A stretch of DNA of 64,000 nt, from the NCBI GenBank assembly GCA_002269645.1, contig NIVC01000749.1, forward strand, positions 1-64,000. Direction: 5' to 3'. Made by a program: the position numbers and the translations under genes. The stretch comes from Macrostomum lignano (Eukaryota). Positions 33,811-43,584 of the stretch are shown piece after piece. Each line of letters starts with the position of its first letter. The stretch's first letter is position 1. The notes beneath the pieces are model-generated. The model saw nothing but the letters and a program-made list of their open reading frames with translations. It searched no databases and was not told where the DNA came from.

Positions 33811-34727
33811 GGTGGCAGCGAGAATCCGGTCGGAAAGAAGAACGAGCAGGGCGACTTAGTTTGTGCCTATTGGCCGGACGGAAAAGAAAGCTGGTGGCCA
33901 GCCATGGTATGCCGACCACCTTAAGGAGAAAAACCTTGTCGAGGCGGCCTGCACGTGCAATTTTTTGGCAAGCCGCCAACGCGTGGTTGGATATTCAACT
34001 GGCGCCAGTTTGATAAGCAAGCCGATCTCAAGGGCGAAAGCAAATCCTTCAAAATTGCACTTAAACAGGTAATTTCAGCTTCGGAGATTCCAAAAAAGCA
34101 TGAACGTCTTGAAAAAAATTGTGAAGCTGTCATTGTCATCGGTGTATGTACATGTAAATACCAATGTTAACATTTTTAATCATGTTTTCCTATATCCTAA
34201 GTTGTAAGTTTTTGCTTGTATGCTCAATTTTCTATTGTATGTTTTTGTGTTTGCGTTGTGCTTTTTCTACTCTCCATTACCAACTGAATGCGTTTAATTT
34301 TTTTTCAAACTTCAACCTATGCTATATTTTTTATGCTATATTTTAATGCTAATTGTAAAAAGTTTTGCTTTGTATGCTTTTGCTGTCTTATTGTTTGTAT
34401 CCTTTTATTGTACTTTATTTTTTTAGCATTTTATTATTCGAACAGTATTAGTTTAATGCTTTTAAAATTTTGATTTGTAACATACTGGTGTATGGTTCAA
34501 ATAATGGTGTTTTAAATTGTTGTGTAATAAAACAAAATATAAAGTCGTAAAATAAATTGTTTATTATAAAATTTTATAAATTTTAATATTGTTTTTTTGT
34601 TTTCATTTTAACTTTATACTTGTATACCTACAGCATTTCGGGTCATTTATCCACTACATGTATATCGAACTGAAACTTATATTTTTATTATATAACTTCT
34701 TCGACTAGCACTAGCACTAGACTAGCA

Positions 34728-37500
34728 CATCTGTCCAGTTCGTGTCATTCCTTTATCTGTATAGTGTCATTTGTCCAACCAAGGTCATCTGTCCAGTTCG
34801 TGTCATTCCTTTATCTGTATAGTGTCATTTGTCAAACCAGAGGGTCATCTGTCCATTTTGTGTCATCATTTATCTGTATAGTGTCATTTGTCAAACCAGA
34901 GGGTCATCTGTCCATTTTGTGTCATCATTTATCTGCATAGTGCCATTTGTCCAACCAGAGGGTCATCTGTCCATTTTGTGTCATCATTTATCTGCATAGT
35001 GCCATTTGTCCAACCAGAGGGTCATCTGTCCATTTTGTGTCATCATTTATCTGCATAGTGCCATTTGTCCAACCAGAGGGTCATCTGTCCATTTTGTGTC
35101 ATCATTTATCTGCAGTGCCATTTGTCCAACCAGAGGGTCATCTGTCCATTTCGTGTCATCCTTTATCTGCATAGTGTTGTAGAGATCTCTAAACATAGTA
35201 GCCTACTAAAAGTAGCAAGATAAAAACATGAATACTATTTAAAACTAACATGCGTCATAGTCTATTTTCAGTAATGCATGCAATATCACATAAACAGCGA
35301 GTGATCATTACATAGTCCGAAAAACCGGTTTTCCAAATATGCTAAATGTCAATTAAATGCGATCTAAGCTTCACCCCCTTTCTATGTAAAACCCTACCGG
35401 TCAAGAGACAAAGTCCATCTTTTGATTCTTATCAATAAAACCAGTTTGAAGCTCAAGGTCGAATGAAATCGTGTATAAATACAAGCGAAAATCCGAGCTA
35501 AAACCTCAGACTCGGAGCAGCCTTAAGAGATCTTAGGCTTAGCCAGAACTACTAAGCAAGGCTATATCTCTGAGAGAGACAAATACCAATTGGTAAGACT
35601 TTGTTAGAGTCTGTTATTCGATTATTGAGAGCTGTGTCATTGCCGGCCGTTACTGATCAGTCGATTTATTGAGTTATTGAATTTGAGGCCTCCCTCCAAA
35701 GGGATTGGATAGGATCTGCGGACCGATTCCGATACTCTTAGTCTATTACTGACTGATTGATTTTGGTACCCTAGAGTAACCGATAGAAGCACACGACTCC
35801 GATTCCGTTATTTCTAGAAGACTCCCTTTCGGAGGACCTCGTTATTGTTATAGAGTTGACTTTGTTATTAGGGCGAGGGCACATCTCTGCACTCGAGGAA
35901 TATATTGATTTCTGCACTCGAGGAATATATCGATTTCTGCACTCGAGGAATATATTGACGTCGACGGACTAAGTTATTAAGCTCTCATATTCGGCCGATT
36001 CTAGAATTCAAGATGACTACTCCGGAGAAAGAATATTTGAAGAGACGAGCTCGGAGAACCTGCCCGACAAAGAAAATGAGCCCGCATCAGTAAGTGAACA
36101 CTGAACTTTGTTCCCAGGCTTGAGGTCTGGAAGTGGGAGTTCGTGCGTTTAGACACTCGATTAATTTCTCTCTCTCTCTCTTCTCTTTTTCTCTCTCTAT
36201 AGTGTGCTAAAGCGAACTCTTCAGTGTCATTTGTCCAACAAGAGGGTCATCTGTCCATTTTGTGTCATCATTTATCTGCATAGTGCCATTTGTCCAACCA
36301 GAGGGTCATCTGTCCATTTCGTGTCATCATTTATCTGCATAGTGCCATATGTCCAACCAGAGGGTCATCTGTCCATTTTGTGTCATCATTTATCTGCATA
36401 GTGCCATTTGTCCAACCAGAGGGTCATCTGTCCATTTTGTGTCATCATTTATCTGCAGTGTCATTTGTCCAACCAGAGGGTCATCTGTCCATTTTGTGTC
36501 ATCATTTATCTGCATAGTGCCATTTGTCAAACCAGAGGGTCATCTGTCCATTTTGTGTCATCATTTATCTGCATAGTGCCATTTGTCCAACCAGAGGGTC
36601 ATCTGTCCATTTTGTGTCATCATTTATCTGCAGTGCCATTTGTCCAACCAGAGGGTCATCTGTCCATTTTGTGTCATCATTTATCTGCATAGTGCCATTT
36701 GTCCAACCAGAGGGTCATCTGTCCATTTTGTGTCATCATTTATCTGCATAGTGCCATTTGTCCAACCAGAGGGTCATCTGTCCATTTTGTGTCATCATTT
36801 ATCTGCATAGTGCCATTTGTCCAACCAGAGGGTCATCTGTCCATTTTGTGTCATCATTTATCTGCATAGTGCCATTTGTCCAACCAGAGGGTCATCTGTC
36901 CATTTTGTGTCATCATTTATCTGCATAGTGCCATTTGTCCAACCAGAGGGTCATCTGTCCATTTTGTGTCATCATTTATCTGCATAGTGCCATATGTCCA
37001 ACCAGAGGGTCATCTGTCCATTTTGTGTCATCATTTATCTGCAGTGTCATTTGTCCAACCAGAGGGTCATCTGTCCAGTTCGTGTCATTCCTTTATCTGC
37101 AGTGTTATTTGTCCAACCAGAGGGTCATCTGTCCATTTTGTGTCATCATTTATCTGCATAGTGCCATTTGTCCAACCAGAGGGTCATCTGTCCATTTTGT
37201 GTCATCATTTATCTGCATAGTGCCATATGTCCAACCAGAGGGTCATCTGTCCATTTTGTGTCATCATTTATCTGCATAGTGCCATATGTCCAACCAGAGG
37301 GTCATCTGTCCATTTTGTGTCATCATTTATCTGCAGTGTCATTTGTCCAACCAGAGGGTCATCTGTCCAGTTCGTGTCATTCCTTTATCTGCAGTGTTAT
37401 TTGTCCAACCAGAGGGTCATCTGTCCATTTCGTGTCATTCCTTTATCTGTATAGTGTCATTTGTCCGACCAAGGTCATCAGTCCAGTTCGTGTCATTGCC
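34728..37500 (+). repeat. ~59-bp minisatellite interrupted by a solo LTR
   Basis: Unit gtgtcatcatttatctgcatagtgccatttgtccaaccagagggtcatctgtccatttt, with 57-nt variants; blocks at 34728-35177 and 36224-37500. Confidence 0.95.
35178..36223. mobile_element. Solo LTR (1046 bp) inserted in the minisatellite
   Basis: TGTAGAG...CTCTTCA with gtgt duplicated (35174-77, 36224-27). Confidence 0.8.
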
Positions 37501-37633
37501 TGATTAATAGGGCCGTCGCCTGTCTGTCGGGGCGTCCGCCCATTTGGTGCGCCTGGCGGACACCGACACCCGACCAGGGCGGCCAATCGGCGACTGCCAG
37601 GGTGGAAACTTTTTTCCCACTGGGTTTTTTATA

Positions 37634-37822
37634 TTTCGCACCTGCACAATCCGAAAAGAGCCGCCGTCCGCACACTTGAACAGCCTCTAATTTATCTAAA
37701 TTTCACACCAGCACAATCCGATAAGAACCGCCGTCCGCACACTTGAACAGCCTCTAATTTATCTAAATTTCGCACCTGCACAATCCGATAAGAGCCGCCT
37801 TCCGCAGACTTGAACAGCCTCG
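37634..37822 (-). repeat. 67-bp tandem duplications of the DPP3 exon-2 3' end plus donor site
   Basis: Units start at 37634, 37701 and 37768; one extra copy also exists in copy A (3624-3745). Confidence 0.85.
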
Positions 37823-38037
37823 TGTTGTAGGCACTGATCTGCCGGCTGTCCAGAAATGCTTGCGCCAGTTTCGCGTCAGACTCGTCGCAGTTGTCGGAGA
37901 AATAGGAGGTGATCCCCGCTGTGCCGAGACCCAGCTGCCTGTTGCGCTCCGTGAGGCTGCTGGCAGCAGCTCGAACGCGTTGCCAGGCAACCCGGACTCG
38001 CTCGCTGGAGGCGTGCGCCTCCGAAGCCGTGATGATC
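37776..38037 (-). CDS. DPP3: Dipeptidyl peptidase III, copy B, exon 2
   Basis: Near-identical to 3697-3958; canonical AG/GT; 262 nt. Confidence 0.93.
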
Positions 38038-38304
38038 CTGGATTTTACCAACAAAAACTAGCTAGAGTTTAACAGTTAAAGGCTAGCGAGAGAGAGAGGA
38101 GAGAGAGAGAGGAGAGAGGGGGAGAGAGAGAGCTCTTGGCATCCTCTGTTCTGATGTCTTTGGCCGAACTATCAACTTTTTGCCTTTTTATCAAATTGCT
38201 CATAAGATCATACACATATATGCAGCCAAGGTATTTCAACTCAGCGAAGACAGCAAGTCACGTGACAGCGATCTGCTGTGAACGAGAACATAGATAATAC
38301 TCAC

Positions 38305-38675
38305 TTGTCGAGCGCCTCCTCAGATAGATCCGGCAGAATTTTCGTGTCGCCAAATGATTTATAGTTGCCCAAGTTGCCCAGCACCTGAGTGGCGTACATG
38401 AGAAATGCGTCCCAGTCCGCATCGGAGACGCCAGCTTTGCAGGAGGCTCGCAGCTGCTCAGGCGTCTGTCGCCGGAACACCGACTGCAGCACCAGGAAGA
38501 GTCCGGGAGACTCAGCGCTGGTCTGGTGCAGGCAGATCAGGCCGCCTATCCAAGAGGCCCGGTACAGGTGATAGGCGTACGCCTTCTCAGCCTGGCTCAG
38601 CTTCTCAAATGCGGGCCCGCAGGCCAAGAAAGTCACCGGGGCGTCTGTGGGCACCGTGTAGAGAGATCGGTCCAT
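38305..38675 (-). CDS. DPP3: Dipeptidyl peptidase III, copy B, first coding exon from MDRS (open frame continues upstream; possible acceptor at 38826)
   Basis: 371 nt; donor GTGAGT at 38304; the six exons sum to 2160 nt = 719 aa plus stop. Confidence 0.93.
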
Positions 38676-39659
38676 AACTGGCTGCTGAGTTGCTTGGAGA
38701 CTCGCTGAGAACAGAGCTACTTGCTGCACTGGTTGCTGGGTGAGTAGCGAGACTGCTGCTGCTGCTGTGCTTGGCAAGATTCCAAATCGAGAAGCGGCTG
38801 CTGCTAGAGGGCGTAAAAAAGAGAGCTGCGGGTGTAAAAAATAACGTGTTTTATTTTTACCTGCGACTTTTGTGCCAGTTCTGTGTACCACAGACTAAAG
38901 TGCTGACTTCGAATTCGTGAAACCTATCTGACCTAGATCATGGATATTACTGGAACGCCAGGGGGTGTTGCATAAAATTGATTAGTCGCAAGTTACTAGC
39001 TACAAGCTTGACAAGTGAATAGTGAATGGAGACTTGTGTTGCATAGAGACTTGACTAGTTACAAGTAGGCGATAAGCTACAAGTGAATAGTGAATAGTCG
39101 CGCTACAAGCGGTTTGTTGCATAGAATCTAATGTTGACTAGTGTCATAGTAAATTCGAGTGTGACAAGTTGAGTAAACCACGAGCTATTTAAGCTTGTAA
39201 TCGGTTGAAAGCATATCGCATCCATTGAGCGAAAATATTCTACGAGTCAGATTCCGAAGATTCCGATGCAGATGAGCCAATTAAGCGTCCCCGAACATTC
39301 AAGGAAAGGATAAATTTCGACTTTTATGTTGACTACAATGATCATCAGCCGAGGTTTCGCTTGCACGAGGAACATGTCGACGAATTGTTTCATCTGATTG
39401 GCGAGCGTCTGCAGCAGTCGCTCTTGTACTCTCGTACTAGACCAAGCAGGAGCTTGTTTTCGTTTGTTAAAGGCATTATAATAACACTAACTAACCCTGT
39501 GTGTGGGATGACAACGATGGCTTCTTATCTAACTTATCATTTGACTTATCTGGTCAAGTTCTACGAGCTCGTACAATACAGACCCCAAAAATTTTGCTTG
39601 CCCAGTGAATGTCTATGGTCAATCGTGCGCACAAGCTTGTAGCTTGTAGACGAAACCTA

Positions 39660-41861
39660 CACCGTTTTGCATTCAATTCCAACCAAAGTCGCATTCAAAT
39701 TTCAGCAAGCTGGCATTAAAAATCGGCAATCTAAATTTAGCGAACCAAATCTTCATTCAATTTAAGAATGCTTGCATTCCATTTCAGCGAACCACATTCA
39801 ATTTCGGCAATCTGTATTAAATTTAATTTTGTCTCAAACTTGTCTGCTCGTCCATGGATAAACTTTATTGACGCGTGTAGATTTTGCACTCAATCTCGGC
39901 AATCTGCTTTCAAATTCAGCAAAATTTTATTAACTAAACGTAAAACGAAACAAGTGTCGTCCAATACATGTAGTGCTATAGGGAACAGAAGCAGAAATCG
40001 TAGTCACGTCAAGTGTGGCCCTTCAGTCCCCATTGATGTGCATCCTGGCCAGGCATCTCGGTACAAAGCTGAAGCAGTGATTGTACCACTGGATACACTT
40101 GTCCTGAGTGACGCTGTCGTTCACTGTTAGATCGGCGAAGCGCATCAGCTCGTCCCTTCGATATTCAGCCAGTGTACGCCCAGCGCGAGCTTCGTCGGAT
40201 GGATTGATGAAAACTTCGCGGCTGTTACTGAGTTCCGCCTTCCATGCGGAGATGGGGCTCTCAACGGGTGTTAAAAATGGACTGTATCTAGGGAGTCGAC
40301 GGAACTTAGCCAGTCCCACAACCTCTTGTAATTCAGCGTCATTATGGCTGCTGACATCAAAAATAAGGTATGCAAGTTGGTGCGGTGCGGCCAGGTCATT
40401 TGAGCGTTACCCATCACAACTTGCAGAAATTCGGCAAATCTCTCCTTTGTCATGCCGCGAGTGTACGCTTGATAGTGGATCAGACCAATCTGAGGCGAAA
40501 CGGCGACGCAGATGGTGATGCGAGTGCCCTTTTGGCCGGAAACGGTTCTGTAGGCCCGTTGACCGCGGAGCGACATTCCCTGTTGACGTCGCATCCAGGT
40601 GTCGAATCCGAATTCATCGATGAACACCTTGGGAGCATTGATAACATCGACCGAGCACCACCAGTTACAATAAGCTTCACGCTCTGCTAGGACTGCCGGG
40701 GAATTGCGTTCTGCGGGCACGTCTCGAACAAGTTTGATAGTGTACGCATGGCCCTCCAGTTGTCGGCTTAGTGTAGTCATCGAAACAGCTGTTTTGTCCG
40801 GAAATCTTATGCGCAATCGATCATTGATTCCTTTTAGCGTCAGAACAGAATTGTTTTCCAGTAGTTCAGTACAATGCTGCAGCATCTCCTCATCGAACTT
40901 TGAGTACCGCCTTCCGCCCTTTGGTCGTTTATATCGGCGGCCTGATCGAACTATTGAATAGGCGGTGGTTCTCTTGATGTTCATGAGCTCTGCAAGTTGT
41001 AAATATTCCTGCCCTGTCTCGTGGGCATCGATAAGGCGGGCTCTATCTCCGTCAGAAACTCGTGCGTATGGTCCCCGACCTTCTTCTTCTGACTCAATTT
41101 CTTCGTCACCTTGTTCTTCAATGATCTCATCGTCTCATATCTATGCTCGATATCTACACTTGCAGTCGAAAAAAAACAGAAAGCTGGGGATGAATTGAGA
41201 TGAAAGGATTGACAAAGCCTCTTTGGATGTAAACTGTACATGGAACCGAACATTCGTCTGTGGTTGCAATCCAATGTGTTTTGCTGAATTTGAAAATTGT
41301 CGAAATTGAGTGCAAAATCTGCACGCGTCAATAAAGTTTACCCATAGACGAGCAGACAAGTTTGAGACAAAATTAAATTGAATGCAGGTTGCCGAAATTG
41401 AATGTGGTTCGCTAAAATGGAATGCGAGCATGCTTAAATCATGGAGGAAAGAATAGAATGGAGTGCTAATCTGAGCCAGTTATTTTTATCTCGCTCGATT
41501 TTTGCTTTTAACATCCCTTTCCCCCCCCCGTTCCTTCCTATTGGCTGAAAGCAGATTTTGATGCGAGCTCATACTATGCTGGGACAGACCTTTCAGAGGG
41601 GAACGAAAACGAAAACGAGACGAAAAATACTTTGTCTATGGCAGTCACGAGCCAATAGGAAAGAACGGGGGGAAAGGGATGTTAAAAGTTAAGATCGAGC
41701 GAGATAAAAATAACTGGCTCAGATTAGCGCTCCATTCTATTCTTTCCTCCATGGCTTAAATTGAATAAAGATTTGGTTGGCTAAATTTAGATTTCAGATT
41801 TTGAATGCCAGCTTGCTGAAATTGAATGCGACTTTGGTTGAAATTGAATGCAAAAAAGGTG
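39660..41861 (-). mobile_element. Tc1/IS630-like transposon with ~250-bp TIRs and a frameshifted transposase, nested in the Harbinger element
   Basis: TA-CACCGTTTTGCATTCAATT...AATTGAATGCAAAAAAGGTG-TA; HTH (LAELMNIKRTTAYSIV), FIDE, IFDV, LPRYSPFLTPVE; frameshift near 40390. Confidence 0.85.
41438..41755. mobile_element. 318-bp MITE with TTAA TSD inside the Tc1 TIR
   Basis: ~95-bp inverted arms (catggaggaaagaatagaatggag...); TTAA at 41434-37 and 41756-59; the opposite Tc1 TIR shows the empty single-TTAA site. Confidence 0.88.
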
Positions 41862-42843
41862 TACAAGTGCGTGTGTGCAACGAAAATCACATACACTTGT
41901 AGCTTGTCACTATTCAGCTTGTTACTTGTCGCATCACACTAATCAATTCTATGCAACACCCCCATGAAGCTCGATTTTTTCGGTTTAATTCATTGACAAG
42001 TACCAGCTTGAACGGTTGGATTGCTTGAAGCTCAAAATTTTGACTTTCTAAAAATAAACGTGACAAAGTTGAATGCGCGCTTTCACTGTTATGTCTTTGA
42101 GCTTGTCGAAGCTAAGTCACTTAATTTCTAAAGTTAAGATTAAAATGATATATTGGTACAGTGGGTGAAATTTGTCAACACAAACTTGACTGATGGGATG
42201 AGGAAAAACTTCAAATTCGACGAAATAAGTGAACTGTGTCCCTACAGCCAGCTTGTATCCGTCTCTCTCGTCTCTCTTTACCATTAGCGCTATAATTTGC
42301 TTTGCGTTGCAATGCTTTATCAATCAATACAAACTTTATCAATTCGACTAGCGTTGTACACGCTCAAGACAAAATACACGCTGATGAATTTCACTCGCTT
42401 CGTCGAATTCGAAGACACTTTTTCTCTTCTCTACCTAAAACACAAGCTTTTTAACCCTATAGCACCCCCTAACCCTATTATTGTGCATGCATGATGAAAT
42501 CCAAGTTAAAAGGGTATAGCTAGAAATGTTTCAGTAGCGTTAGAATTGAAACTTTTTACTGTAACAGGATCCCGGCAGGGGTTCAATACTAAAAATTCGC
42601 TTTCTACTTTGAGAAAGAAATCAAAACCGATTTTAAAATTTTTTCCAGTACACAAAAAGGAATAGATTTTGGGTTATTTAATTATTTATTTCAATGAAAT
42701 AACTGTTGCAAAAAAAGTCGAAAGGAAAAACTTCATTAAAATCTGTTAACTAAAGACACACGATAAAAATGAATACGGAGATGAAAATTGAAAAAAAAAA
42801 CGGTAGAGTGACTGCTTCTCAAATGCATTTCTGTGGGAATAAT

Positions 42844-43179
42844 TTAATCAGCCACGGTCATAGTCCACCCGATTTCGGCTACAGCTTCACAGATTCGATC
42901 AAACAGCCACTGCTTGGTGCAACACTCATTGATGCCGTTCAGTGCCACAACCAGTTTGTCGCACACATCCGCCGAGATGCCCAAAAGAAATTGGTGTCGT
43001 ATCTGTGCGCAACTCTTATTACGACATGAAACACTGACCAAGCTGCTGCTGTTGCTAAGGCTTAGCAAAGCTAGCTCGCCTAGTGATTGATGCTCCATTA
43101 GAAGTTTAGGACGATGGTGTACAGTTGAGCGTAGAAGCTCAGGCGGAGCTGTTAGTAGAACTGAGTTGCTGGCAGATGA
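42844..43179 (-). CDS. Putative terminal exon of the FHA-domain gene
   Basis: Acceptor ttttcag at 43180; phase 0 matches the upstream exon; open to TGA at 42844; no recognisable domain. Confidence 0.4.
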   Translation of the reverse strand, partial: SSASNSVLLTAPPELLRSTVHHRPKLLMEHQSLGELALLSLSNSSSLVSVSCRNKSCAQIRHQFLLGISADVCDKLVVALNGINECCTKQWLFDRICEAVAEIGWTMTVAD

Positions 43180-43399
43180 CTGAAAAGTTGTCAAGTCAGT
43201 TACTTAGTTTTATTTTGCAGGGGGGTAGTCGAAGGCGACAGTCAACCCGCAGCCAGGCAAGCAGTCATGCCCATTCCACTGCCCCTCAGCATGCACAAGG
43301 ATACCCGATGAAAACGGTACCTACGCCAAGAAGCGTCCCACTCCCATATAAAACGGAATAATCACAAAAAGGGGCTGTAACCGTTTCGTAACTGTCATG

Positions 43400-43584
43400 G
43401 TCACCTGTTACCATTTGTGACCGTTTTGTTCAGGGTCACCATGTTACCGTTCACTGTGACCGTATTTTGACCGTTTTGTTCAGGGTCACCATGTTACCGT
43501 TCACTGTGACCGTATTTTGACCGTTTTGTTCAGGGTCACCTTGTTGCCATTCACTGCGGCCATATTTTGTGACCGTTTTGTAAC
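43400..43584 (+). repeat. 50-bp minisatellite, ~3.5 units
   Basis: tgaccgttttgttcagggtcacc at 43418, 43468 and 43518. Confidence 0.9.

Larger units (their letters stand above)
29740..34170 (+). pseudogene. Decayed intron-containing gene: Ala/Pro/Thr tract, C2H2-like finger, tyrosine recombinase, 20-aa repeats, PWWP
   Basis: Exons ending 30243 (KCPFC...QHVKVCH), 31784-32030, 32670-32918 (VANHKT..FGAA; TSFR), 33195-33345 (HTPKVARDAY) and 33466-~34170 (GDLVCAYWPDGKESWWPAMV...HVQFFGKPPTRGWI); GT-AG junctions in phase 0 across the YR/PWWP exons; several stops and frameshifts. Confidence 0.62.
38961..41963 (+). mobile_element. Non-autonomous PIF/Harbinger element
   Basis: TIR GGGGGTGTTGCATA(A/G)AATTGATTAG at both ends; N-terminal transposase-like remnant PRTFKERINF...RFRLHEEHVDELFHLIGERL (~39245-39420); TSD not clean. 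Confidence 0.7.

Noticed and set aside
34947-37507. Repeated Cys/His-rich ORFs (MSNQRVICPF...)
   Set aside because: Translation artefacts of the 59-bp minisatellite.
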